A stretch of 64,000 bases of DNA, taken from positions 1 through 64,000 of IMG/VR virus record IMGVR_UViG_3300011339_000793. One strand, written 5' to 3'. Every line of letters starts with the position of its first letter. The stretch's first letter is position 1. The notes under the pieces were generated by a model. It searched no databases. It was not told the origin of the DNA and worked only from the letters and a program-made list of their open reading frames with translations. Origin of the DNA: a virus. Below are positions 44,101 to 52,006 of the stretch, one piece after another. Both the position numbers and the translations under genes were made by a program.

Positions 44101-44943
44101 CTCTTTTAGGTCATTGTTAGCGTCAATGGCACGACGGTAGTTGAGGTCAGCCTCGGCGAAGGCAAGTTCTGCTTCTTTGCGGGCACGAGAGTTAGGGGGA
44201 AGGTCAGCAACTCGAGCAAGTGCCTCTCTTGCTTTTTCCAAATCAAGAGCGGCTTTTTGTTCGCTAATTGCAGCATCTTCAGAATCAAAAGCAAGTTGTT
44301 GAAGTTCTTCTCTTGCTTCTCGTAAGGAATCTACGTACGCTTTGTTGGCATCTGTTACACGTTTTCTGCCATCTTCTTCTGCCTCAGCGTTGTCTCTAAT
44401 GAGTCGTGCGTAGTCAACTTGGGCTCTACGAATTTTTTCAGTTAAATCTTTTTGTTTCTTGGCAGCAGCAACCCCACCCTTTTGAGCCTTAGTTCCTGCT
44501 TGTATTGCTTTTGCTACTCCTGAAAAAGCAAGTTTTACCGTTATTGCAGCCTGCGCTAAAGCAGTAAACGCTCCTGCTAAAGTAACTAAGGCTGGTAAGG
44601 TAGCGGCGCCAATTACGCTGACTAAACTTATAAGGCTAGTTCCAACAACTCCAATAGCGCCAGCGACAGCAGTAACTGCGGGTTGAATAAAATATAACTT
44701 ACGAGTTAAGTTAGAAAACTGTCTAGCAGTATCTTCAGCGGACCTTAAAAACTTTGGACTAAAAAGCCCTCCGCCTTTACCAGAGGAACGAGCAAAGCCC
44801 TTTTGAAACTCTCCTCCAACTCGATTACCAGAGTCTCTACCTACTTTGTCTGCATTGTTAAATGCGCTGGCAATCTCTTTTTCGACACCAGCAGTGATAG
44901 CGCGTACAACTACATATGCATCACCAACTATTGGACCTGCCAC
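41125..44943 (-). CDS. Tape measure protein
   Basis: 1272 aa; begins VGDAYVVVRAIT; long helical/coiled-coil region; Trp-periodic repeats; C-terminal LAKGGVI..GEAGRPE. Confidence 0.92.
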   Translation of the reverse strand: MAGPIVGDAYVVVRAITAGVEKEIASAFNNADKVGRDSGNRVGGEFQKGFARSSGKGGGLFSPKFLRSAEDTARQFSNLTRKLYFIQPAVTAVAGAIGVVGTSLISLVSVIGAATLPALVTLAGAFTALAQAAITVKLAFSGVAKAIQAGTKAQKGGVAAAKKQKDLTEKIRRAQVDYARLIRDNAEAEEDGRKRVTDANKAYVDSLREAREELQQLAFDSEDAAISEQKAALDLEKAREALARVADLPPNSRARKEAELAFAEADLNYRRAIDANNDLKEQEANNAKLGPDLDSQVKGQQKVVDAFNEQKDAVGDLKNLIIDNKEAQKRAAYDLKELKNSTDDAAGAADAYAEALADLSPEARKFAEYMVKTFIPALKALKTAAGKNLFPKLETALENIRTKLLPVLIPLFEKTGGVIGDVAIKLSETITSAENLERLKSIWETNDTFITNLGDATSNLYEVFLILLTAAKPLIDEFGKWLVTLTGGWKETLKADEKTGKLAKRFDTARLAIKQLGRIFSNVFAGIGKIFDANVGPGSGGQIFLDYFEKASEKFKKLEEIDGKPLKEFFADAAKNGTALFDLVGKILGNFIKLADNPELGIFFKQLGKVADIFGEIGEGLTGSLPAFGDFLIQFSLLVQKFTESGSITTFFNVLSKILGALNTFFGSPIGKALINAASFVLPIAAAFGIVYKSIGFFSKVVIGNVSRVIGTFGKLKGTISGMAAGDPFRGVRNGSGLTRVELQKQMIVDKQKKAAMQGIYVSAGQAGTAIQQLGVKSGTATPLIGKSAVQSNIAAKAKYGLARAATAAGAGMRAAGRGLAMFGGPIGILLLVLPLIIQNWDKIVAFFKELPTKLKEIFTKVWDATTEALPKIWDKIKEVVGNVIGWLKDNWPLILAVLTGPFGLAILAIVKNWDTILDFIKGLPGKIAALASKIWDWIVDTFKTAVELYIAAWSAIFDFIKGLGGKLLEIGAKIWDWIVDVFKIAIDLYIGAWVAIFDFIKELPGKLLAIGKKIWDWIVDVFITAKDNFIANWTAIFEFIGGLGAKLKELGLKIWDWIVDLVKERIENIKTNFGLLVTFITGLPAKFVEAGSKVWSWVSDKLKTAIDAAKGLFTGFIDYIKQLPGKIATAAAGLFNGVKDSFKSALNFIIGKWNNFSLGLTFPKSVFGIPLGPLAGKGFTLNTPDIPFLAKGGVIPATSGGMLARIGEAGRPERVEPLDPDGLSKRDKAMIELLSGNGMTVNVYPSPGMDERELAALVSRQIAYSLRKGAA
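41641..42240 (-). repeat. 120-nt (40-aa) periodic repeats in the tape measure gene
   Basis: tcaacaatcca(g/a)tcccaaat recurs at about 41762, 41882, 42002 and 42122 (IWDWIVD), with a degenerate copy at about 41641 (VWSWVSD). Confidence 0.85.
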
Positions 44944-44966
44944 GCGCCATCACCTCCAGTAATTTT

Positions 44967-45389
44967 CTATTCCAACGGAGCGTCTATACCTTTACCAAAA
45001 GGCTTGATGAGAGTGTCATCAAACTCTGTTGGCGGGATATATGGCTTTGTTGGTTGTTCTTTAGGGTCAAAAGGTTTTAGTTCTTCGTCTAGTGGGTAGT
45101 CATAATCAAAAGTATTTGATTTTGACCCCTGAGACATAAGATATTTTGTGTTATAAAACTCTCTATAAAAAAGAGTTCTAACTTTATCTTTAGCATCAAT
45201 GTGTTCACCACTCTGAGCCATAGTTATATCATCCTCGAGAATGACATGAATGACGTCTAACATATCGCTCATATCCATTCCCGAAAGTTGTAAACCGCTC
45301 ATAAGTGCTTTTCCATTGACATAGGGCCAGAGTGCTACTGCCCACTCTGCGATTGCTCTGGCCCCTGATTCGGGCGGTTTGAGTATTGC
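44967..45389 (-). CDS. Tail assembly chaperone, downstream (-1 frame, gpT-like) part
   Basis: The -1 frame is open from 45389 (after TGA at 45390-45392) and encodes ..GARAIAEWAVALWPYVNGKAL before the first ATG (45302). It lies between the chaperone and tape measure genes. Confidence 0.7.
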   Translation of the reverse strand, partial: AILKPPESGARAIAEWAVALWPYVNGKALMSGLQLSGMDMSDMLDVIHVILEDDITMAQSGEHIDAKDKVRTLFYREFYNTKYLMSQGSKSNTFDYDYPLDEELKPFDPKEQPTKPYIPPTEFDDTLIKPFGKGIDAPLE

Positions 45390-45685
45390 TCAACAATCCA
45401 TCCCGTAATTTCTCCAAGGGTATCTACAGAAACAATCTTGTCAGTTGTCTCTAGAAGAGCATTAAATCGTTCTTTGCTTTCTGGAACCAAAACAGCATCA
45501 AAAAAGTCAGTAATAACTTTTGTTGCTGCCGCTTGGTCATTTGAAGATGCAGTTGAAACCATCTCAAGGAGGACTTTTCCTTGAATGGCTGGATTACACT
45601 GGAACTCTTCTCCGTGTAACTTGAAAGACAGTGGTTCATTGATGGCTTGTCCGCCATCTCCGAAGTCTTTGAATCTCGGTGTCAT
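45335..45685 (-). CDS. Tail assembly chaperone (gpG-like)
   Basis: 116 aa; LSFKLHGEEFQCNP..L.EITGWIVEQYSNRP; canonical position upstream of the tape measure gene. Confidence 0.8.
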   Translation of the reverse strand: MTPRFKDFGDGGQAINEPLSFKLHGEEFQCNPAIQGKVLLEMVSTASSNDQAAATKVITDFFDAVLVPESKERFNALLETTDKIVSVDTLGEITGWIVEQYSNRPNQGPEQSQSGQ

Positions 45686-45707
45686 ATTATTTCCTTATCT
45701 TTTGTCG

Positions 45708-45727
45708 TTTACTACTTTTGTAGTAAA
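45708..45727. other. AU-rich perfect hairpin just upstream of the chaperone RBS
   Basis: TTTACTAC-tttt-GTAGTAAA. Confidence 0.35.
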
Positions 45728-45731
45728 TATT

Positions 45732-46118
45732 TTACTTCATTATACGAAGGTTATCTGAGAGATAACGATTCGCTTTTGTCCCTGGATGCATAACAGCGTG
45801 TGCAAATACAACCGAAGAACCTCTTGTAAAACGCAAAACCTGAGCCCTATTTGGTGTAATAAGGTGAGGTTTTGTTCCTTCATGATGGGCTAGTGCGTAG
45901 TTTAGTTTAGAACCAATTTTTACAAATTGACCTCTAGAATCTCTGGAATGTCTCATATGGATAGAAGCACGAAGTGCTCCCGTTTGAACTCCCACCTGAG
46001 CCTTTGCCATTGCAGTTATTAGCCCACCTTTTTTTGCTAAATATCTTCCAACAGTTCCTGAAGGACTATTTAGCAAAAAATCCATTTCCGCTTTACGCGG
46101 TACGAATACGGTTGCCAT
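45732..46118 (-). CDS. HK97 gp10-like tail completion/neck protein
   Basis: AKAQVGVQTGALRASI; YALAHHEGT; HPGTKANRYL. Confidence 0.8.
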   Translation of the reverse strand: MATVFVPRKAEMDFLLNSPSGTVGRYLAKKGGLITAMAKAQVGVQTGALRASIHMRHSRDSRGQFVKIGSKLNYALAHHEGTKPHLITPNRAQVLRFTRGSSVVFAHAVMHPGTKANRYLSDNLRIMK

Positions 46119-46630
46119 TATGGAATCGCCGTAGTTAGTGTGAGAACCGTAGATTGAAGACCGCCTTCAGCGCTTCTGCTTTCAACAGTTGCTATTACTC
46201 CTAACCCAAAGCCACCTGCTTCCCAAGTGTCTAGTTGAGCAGCGCTATCTAAAAGAATGTAGGCATCGTAGGCAATAATTTCTGCCGCATTTTGAATTGT
46301 TTCTGCTGACGGTGGTCTTCCGTTTTGACCTACTACAGGGATAGAACGAGTCACTGTTACATTCAAAGTTGCACTTCTTGGGTCATTACATCTGCGTGGT
46401 TGGTTTGCTTCATCCCCAGGTGAACCGACATACATTTGAAGAAACGATACAACAACTTGTTCGCAATCAAGTGCTGGCTCCCCCATCGTGAAATACTGAC
46501 GAGAAGGTAGAGGCATGGTGTAAGAAGCATACGAACTAACTACCTGAGCCAAAACATTCTCGAGTAGGTTTGCTAAGTTTTTAGCGCCAGCGTTAACAGT
46601 AGCCTTGTTGATAGTTGTAGTTGTGCTCAT
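46118..46630 (-). CDS. Tail terminator-like protein
   Basis: 170 aa; PALDCEQVVV..; GGAGGAG RBS; neck-region position. Confidence 0.65.
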   Translation of the reverse strand: MSTTTTINKATVNAGAKNLANLLENVLAQVVSSYASYTMPLPSRQYFTMGEPALDCEQVVVSFLQMYVGSPGDEANQPRRCNDPRSATLNVTVTRSIPVVGQNGRPPSAETIQNAAEIIAYDAYILLDSAAQLDTWEAGGFGLGVIATVESRSAEGGLQSTVLTLTTAIP

Positions 46631-46653
46631 TCGTCTCTCCTCCTAGTCCAACT

Positions 46654-47793
46654 CTACAGTGTGTAGATAGGTTCTACCCTAGTTGCTAGTTGGAATGAAA
46701 CGTTTCCTGTTAAGAGATTTACGACTTCATCTACGTTAGGATTTCCTAAACTTGGACGTCTGCAGTAGATGTCATAAGAGCCAGGCTCTCTTGGTCCAAG
46801 AATGTTTAGTATTTGTTCATAAGTAACATTAAGAGTTATTTTTTGTGTAGCCCTATTGAGAACTGCTGCAGTTGACAAAACTTCTGTTTTTGCTCCAGTG
46901 TAATCAGAGACTGTTAGAGATACTGTCCAAGCGTTATCGTTAACTAAGAAATCTCCGCTTACTTCATCTAAGTAAATTACTACACTTCCACCAGTTGGCA
47001 ACACTTTTAAGTCAAATGCTGTTTCTGTAAATAAATAAGGTTTTGGTGTAATTCTGCGAGCCCTAGGCACATCTGGACTAAATACTCTTGAACGTGCACG
47101 AGCATTGTCTGGGTTGCTAGTTTTCAAAAATAAATCTACTACATACAGCCCTGTTCGTCCTTCAGCAATAAAATCTTGATTGTCAAGTATTGTGTAGGAA
47201 ACTCCTTGACGAGAAACTGAAGTTACTCTTTGAGGTAGTGCGCAAGAATCGTCGTTTTCATAAAGTTTAATGAGTTCTGTTGCAAGAATTCGCGCAGCAT
47301 TTGCTCCGGCAACGGGAGGAGGTGTTCCATAAGAATATGTAACCTCTACGTTTGCTGGTGTCCAGTTTGCCCCAGGTGTTGCTAAAAGAGTTGAGTGCTC
47401 AACTAAATAGTATTTAGTTGGGTCAATGATGGAGCCTGCTATATCTCTAACAGTGTGGACTTTAATAACTTTTCGTCCTCTAAGACGCACTCTTGTGCCA
47501 GCAGATGTTCCATCACCCTGATAGTCGTCATCGCCATAGGGACCAGAACCGCCTACACGAATATTTTTTACTTCTCCATCAATAAGAGTTGGAGAGTATG
47601 TAAGGGCTGAAGCGCCAGTTCTTAGATACGGGTCAAAAGAAGAGACATATCTTTCAGTAACTGTTGTAATTCCGTTATATTTGCGGCCAGACATAGCCCA
47701 TAGTAAATGAGAAGCAGTCTTTATAGCATCGTAGGCATAGTCAGAATTGGCGTAAGAGCCTAAGTCCTCTACGTTAGTCCATAAATTACTCAT
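46654..47793 (-). CDS. Head-to-tail adaptor with C-terminal extension
   Basis: ASHLLWAMSGRKY; LPQRVTSVSRQGVSY..TGLYVVDLFL..NP, like actinophage adaptors; about 125 extra C-terminal residues. Confidence 0.75.
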   Translation of the reverse strand: MSNLWTNVEDLGSYANSDYAYDAIKTASHLLWAMSGRKYNGITTVTERYVSSFDPYLRTGASALTYSPTLIDGEVKNIRVGGSGPYGDDDYQGDGTSAGTRVRLRGRKVIKVHTVRDIAGSIIDPTKYYLVEHSTLLATPGANWTPANVEVTYSYGTPPPVAGANAARILATELIKLYENDDSCALPQRVTSVSRQGVSYTILDNQDFIAEGRTGLYVVDLFLKTSNPDNARARSRVFSPDVPRARRITPKPYLFTETAFDLKVLPTGGSVVIYLDEVSGDFLVNDNAWTVSLTVSDYTGAKTEVLSTAAVLNRATQKITLNVTYEQILNILGPREPGSYDIYCRRPSLGNPNVDEVVNLLTGNVSFQLATRVEPIYTL

Positions 47794-47805
47794 CTATGCC
47801 TCCAT

Positions 47806-47864
47806 AAAACAGAAAAGCGAACGACGACCATGTGTACTAATGACACGACTGGTTCGTCGTTCGC
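47806..47864 (-). terminator. Rho-independent terminator after the major tail gene
   Basis: On the - strand: GCGAACGACG-A-ACCA-GUC-GUGU-loop-ACAC-A-UGGU-CGUCGUUCGC followed by UUUUCUGUUUU. Confidence 0.8.
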
Positions 47865-47875
47865 CTCCTATATAA

Positions 47876-48922
47876 CTATACTGTTGGGTCCAAATTAGAA
47901 GCGATGATAAAGTCAGTAGCATTATCAGCGTTATATGCTCCACTACCAGGAACGTTGTATGCAGTTGTTGAGCCTTGTGAAGTAAAGTCAGATACTGCAG
48001 TGTATCCACGGTTTCTGACTGCTGTTCCACTTGGGCTAACCGCTGCTGAAGCAACGTTTGCTGATGTTTTAGCATATGAGAAAGATGTAGCACTTGGAAC
48101 GTTGGTAATTGTGTAAGTACCATTGAATGTAGCATCTACACCAGCAACAGTTACAGTTTGACCTGCAAGATATCCGTGTGCCACTGCTGTTGTTAGTGTT
48201 GCTACGTTGGTTGTCAAAGACTTGTTGTTTACTACGGATGATAGATTGCCATACCAACTGTAGAAGCCTGTTAGTCCTGTTGGTGCCCAATCGCCACGAG
48301 CGTATGAGTATGGACGCTCTGCTGCTACTGGATACTCCCAGCGGCCATCTGGTCCAGTACCGAACTCTTCGTTTCCAAGTCCATAACCTTCAAATGTAGT
48401 AGCAAGTAATCCGTTTTCAATTACGCGGTCACCTGACTGACGCAATTTGGCGTATGGGAATACCCAGTAGAAGTAAGGAAGCGATGCGGCACGCTTTCCA
48501 TCCTTAACTGCGAATGACCAAACTTCAATAGAGACACCATTTCCTGCAGGGTCATCTCCTACACCTGGTGAGGCGTATCCGATTGACTTACGGTTTGGAG
48601 TACCGACTGACCCGAAGTTCTTACGAAGTAACAAACCACCTGATAGCAGCGCTGTTAGTTCTGGGTCTGGTTCGCAAATTGCGATTTCCATAGTAATTCT
48701 TTTTAATGTGTCAGGGGCTTTGTATGACACGCATACTGTGCCGTCTGCTGCTTTTTCTGTAATTTCGTCACCCTCTTCATATTCTGGGGTGAACGAAGCG
48801 CGAAGGAACGCCGAGGTTGTGTAACTGTCACCGTCTCCAGTGAGCAAAGTTCCTGAGGCGTCGAGTCTTGTAACTCGAATCGCCACGCCTTGGACGCTAG
48901 CCGCGTAGTCCTGAGTGGCCAT
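47876..48922 (-). CDS. Major tail (tube) protein with C-terminal beta-barrel decoration domain
   Basis: SVQGVAIRVTRLD..G; YEEGDEITEKAADG..C; ICEPDPEL; YFYWVFP; AAGGAG RBS. Confidence 0.85.
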   Translation of the reverse strand: MATQDYAASVQGVAIRVTRLDASGTLLTGDGDSYTTSAFLRASFTPEYEEGDEITEKAADGTVCVSYKAPDTLKRITMEIAICEPDPELTALLSGGLLLRKNFGSVGTPNRKSIGYASPGVGDDPAGNGVSIEVWSFAVKDGKRAASLPYFYWVFPYAKLRQSGDRVIENGLLATTFEGYGLGNEEFGTGPDGRWEYPVAAERPYSYARGDWAPTGLTGFYSWYGNLSSVVNNKSLTTNVATLTTAVAHGYLAGQTVTVAGVDATFNGTYTITNVPSATSFSYAKTSANVASAAVSPSGTAVRNRGYTAVSDFTSQGSTTAYNVPGSGAYNADNATDFIIASNLDPTV

Positions 48923-48947
48923 TCCATTATCTCCTTAGTTTAATGCT

Positions 48948-49829
48948 TTACGCTTGCTGAGGCACTGCGACCCGCATTGCGTAATGGCAAGATGGGTCAA
49001 AGTATACCGCAGCGGCACGCACCGCTTTGATTTTACTATCATTTTTTGCGTATCCAACACCTTGCGATATTGAATCATTTACAACTTCTGATTTGCTTTA
49101 ATGAACATCTACAGGTCCTGTAGCAAACATCCAACGATTTGTTAGAGATGCAGTTGCTCCAGTAGCCCCTATAGGACCGTTTCCTGTGTAACCAGAACCA
49201 ACAATCACATCTGTCCCTAAACGAGTCATCGTGCGACCAGTTTTTCCTTCTGGGCCTGGTAAATAAATTAATTTTGAACCTAAAAGTGAGGCAACATCTC
49301 TAGTCATATGGATGACTCCATTTTGCCCTGTAGGTGAGGCTGCTAATGCTTGTTCTAAATGAAATAAAGCGTATGAAGGGTCGTGTGCGCCTGCACTTGG
49401 AATGACTGATGCGCTTGCCTTAGTTAAGAAATTGTTTGCATTTGAATCAGCAAGGGCTGCTTGCCCCTCCCAAAGTTCACGTTCAACAGCCTTCTGGGTT
49501 GCTGCTTCAAGTTGCTTAATAGCAATCTTAAAGCGGTCTTCTCCAAGAATTCCAAATAAAGATTGAGCAATTTCTGACTCAATAAAAAATGGAACATAAT
49601 CTAAATAATTTACTGATGCACTTGCATCAAATAGTTCTCCATTAGTTACTACCGCATCATCTACAGTAAGTAATCTAATAGTTGCGTATGAATCAAATTC
49701 ATAGGCAAAACCTCTTACCCAGCGTTCATCATACTTTGCTGAGTTATGAGTCATTACACGAGCAACGCTCAGGACACCGTTAGGAGTGGGCACTAACTCA
49801 GGGGCTTCATAAATCCCACGAAATGCCAT
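48948..49829 (-). CDS. Putative major capsid pentamer protein, interrupted by an in-frame TAA at 49098-49100
   Basis: GVLSVA, RW.RGF, VPF, AVERELWEG, GVIH, TRLGT.V..GSGY, WMFATGPV.VH resemble pentamer capsid proteins. The frame continues 49 codons past the TAA (SKSEVVND..AVYFDP..AMRV) to a TAA just before the next RBS. Confidence 0.7.
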
Positions 49830-49858
49830 TTTAATACTCCTTTGATGTCCTGAGCGTT
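49764..49858 (-). promoter_or_regulatory. Long hairpin sequestering the SD and start codon of the pentamer capsid gene
   Basis: 49844-49858 pairs with 49764-49778 (15 bp, one G-U). The SD segment AGGAGU pairs with ACUCCU (49782-49787). Confidence 0.65.
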
Positions 49859-49894
49859 AACTCTTTAGTAATTTTTTCTACTGACTAATGAATT

Positions 49895-52006
49895 TTAGTA
49901 TTCAATAGCCGCAGCGGTTGCTCCACCTGTTGTATCACGGAGGGCTGCTGCCGCACCGTTTACAGAGATGGTTGATACGACCTTAAGTGATTCAACGCCA
50001 ACCTTGGCAACGCCTTCAAATGTTTCTACGAACATCTTGTAGTCGTTGGTTCCAGTAAGTGAAGAGTCACGGATAATTCCTAGGTCCAAAGTTCCGCCAT
50101 CTAGGAACAAGAATGTTCCTTCTGCGAAGATGTACCAAGTGAATGTATCTGCGAACTCGTTCATTGCGCCTGCTGATTGCGCAGTTGTGAAATCATCAAT
50201 TGTCCAAGTGATGTTGATACCACGAGAAGCAATAAATCCTTCGATTTCTGCATATGCGTTAAGCAAATTGTCTCCAGGCATTGATAGAGCAAGGTCTGCT
50301 GCCATAGCGTCCTTGACCCACATTGGGGCAATAACGCGAAGTGGTGCATCTGCTTCTAGACGATGACGGCCACGGTAGTTAGCAGAAGCGCGACCTAGTT
50401 GAACTAGGTAGTCGCGTGCAACACCGATAAGTGAAGTTGAAGTAACTGCTGTTGAAAGAGCAGTTAGACGGGTCAAGATTTGACCTTCTGCTTCACGAGC
50501 GTGCTGAATCAGACCCAACTCGTTGTGACGAGCGATGAGTTCTGGATAAGCACGAGTCATCAAGTTACCGAACTGCAACTGTAGAGTTACAGCATCAGTT
50601 GCAACAGTGTTTTCTCCTGCTGCTGTTACTGTAAGGCTCTCTTTCACATCTGTTCCAGGTGTGATGTCAGTAGCGTTTGTCCAGATTCCAACAGCGCTTC
50701 CATATGATGAAAGAACTGGTGGTGTTACGAAGCGGATACCGCCACGGTCAGCCTGGAACTTAGGTAGCGCATCCTTTAGAGGACGAGCAGTTGTTCCAAG
50801 TCCGAAAATGTCGTACTTGACTTCAAATGGTGCTGCGTGTCCGCCTGAAGCAACAAGTGCTTCTGGGCTTGTTACAGCATTAATTTTTGCCCAGTTTGTT
50901 TCTGGGTCAGTTGTAAGTGTTCTGTTCTCAGGATACTGAGTAGATACAGAAGCAACAATATGTTGTTCTCCATCTCCACCATTTACACGACGAAGAGCGT
51001 GTAAACGCTTTGCCATTGCCTCAGCAACAGCATTCATATCGTTGAGAGGGCTGCCAGCCGTATATCCAGGAATATCTGCGCCCGCTGTGATTGCCACAGG
51101 AGCGGCAGAAGTCTGGGAGATTGGACGACGGTCAGCCGGTACCTCAATGTTGAGGTTGTCTGCGTTTGCAGCGGCGGTCACGGGTGCCTCCATAATTTCT
51201 TGAACCGCGATTGGTTCAGTTGTTTCTTTGGTTGTTTCTTGGATAGATGCTTCTGCTCCATCTGCAACATCTGCTGCGGCGTCGGCTGTTGCCTCGTCCG
51301 CTGCTGGTGCTTCTTCTGCAACTGGTGCTTCTGCTGTTTCGGCTGCTGGAGCCTCTTCTGCTGCTGCTTCTGTTGAAGCAACTACAGTTTCTTCAGCGAC
51401 AACGGGTGCTGCTGCTGATTCAATAATTGTTGCTGGTACTTCTGTGGTTGAGAACTCTGAGTTCTTATCCGCATCGGTTGATGCTTCAGTCATGGGTTTC
51501 TTCTCCTCGTCTTCTTCTGTTTTTTCCTCTTCCATGTCAGCAGGAGATTTTTCTTCTTCTGCTACTGGAGTTTCTGCTGGAGCCGGTGGCATTTCTGCCA
51601 TTGCTTCAGGCTTCTTCTCCTCTTCCATGGCTGGGGCAGGAGTTTCGACTGGAACTTCCTCTACAGGTGTTTCAAGAGCAGGAGCGGCAGGAGCCTCTTC
51701 TGAAATCTTCTCATCTGCTTTGGTTGAATCCATGCTTTCCTCTTTGTCGGCATCTTGTCCATATACGCGGGTAGCGGCCTCAGTGGCTCGCTTTGCAAGT
51801 TCTACAACCGCGGCCTCACGGCGCTTGACTTCATTTCTGACTCCATCAAGCATATCGGCAAGCGACGTCATAGCATCAACTGTTTGCGGAGTAGGGTCTT
51901 CTTTCTCAACCGATTCAAATTCGCTGAGGATTGCTGACTGAAGTTCGGAAACTTGTTCGTCACCTAGTTCACTCAGTTGGTCCATCATTCCTTTAATACG
52001 GTCCAC
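49895..52006 (-). CDS. Major capsid (hexamer) protein with N-terminal acidic scaffold-like region
   Basis: 703 aa; Glu/Ala/Pro-rich N-terminal ~300 aa; ITAGADIPGY; LVASGGHAAP..YD; RGGIRF; FLFLDGGTLDLGIIRDS.L...NDY..FVE.FEG; GTG start with GGAGGAGG. Confidence 0.9.
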   Translation of the reverse strand: MDRIKGMMDQLSELGDEQVSELQSAILSEFESVEKEDPTPQTVDAMTSLADMLDGVRNEVKRREAAVVELAKRATEAATRVYGQDADKEESMDSTKADEKISEEAPAAPALETPVEEVPVETPAPAMEEEKKPEAMAEMPPAPAETPVAEEEKSPADMEEEKTEEDEEKKPMTEASTDADKNSEFSTTEVPATIIESAAAPVVAEETVVASTEAAAEEAPAAETAEAPVAEEAPAADEATADAAADVADGAEASIQETTKETTEPIAVQEIMEAPVTAAANADNLNIEVPADRRPISQTSAAPVAITAGADIPGYTAGSPLNDMNAVAEAMAKRLHALRRVNGGDGEQHIVASVSTQYPENRTLTTDPETNWAKINAVTSPEALVASGGHAAPFEVKYDIFGLGTTARPLKDALPKFQADRGGIRFVTPPVLSSYGSAVGIWTNATDITPGTDVKESLTVTAAGENTVATDAVTLQLQFGNLMTRAYPELIARHNELGLIQHAREAEGQILTRLTALSTAVTSTSLIGVARDYLVQLGRASANYRGRHRLEADAPLRVIAPMWVKDAMAADLALSMPGDNLLNAYAEIEGFIASRGINITWTIDDFTTAQSAGAMNEFADTFTWYIFAEGTFLFLDGGTLDLGIIRDSSLTGTNDYKMFVETFEGVAKVGVESLKVVSTISVNGAAAALRDTTGGATAAAIEY

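Noticed and set aside
45229-45417. 62-aa ORF bridging the chaperone genes
   Set aside because: It is in the +1 frame with a TTG start and no protein-like features; the -1 frame carries the plausible continuation.
48948-49829. Genome-wide stop-codon reassignment (TAA read as an amino acid)
   Set aside because: Many genes end in TAA with tight TAATG coupling, and all other long genes are intact in the standard code.
51228-51941. 237-aa antisense ORF opposite the capsid N-terminus
   Set aside because: It is a Ser/Ala-rich mirror of the Glu/Ala/Pro scaffold region with no RBS.
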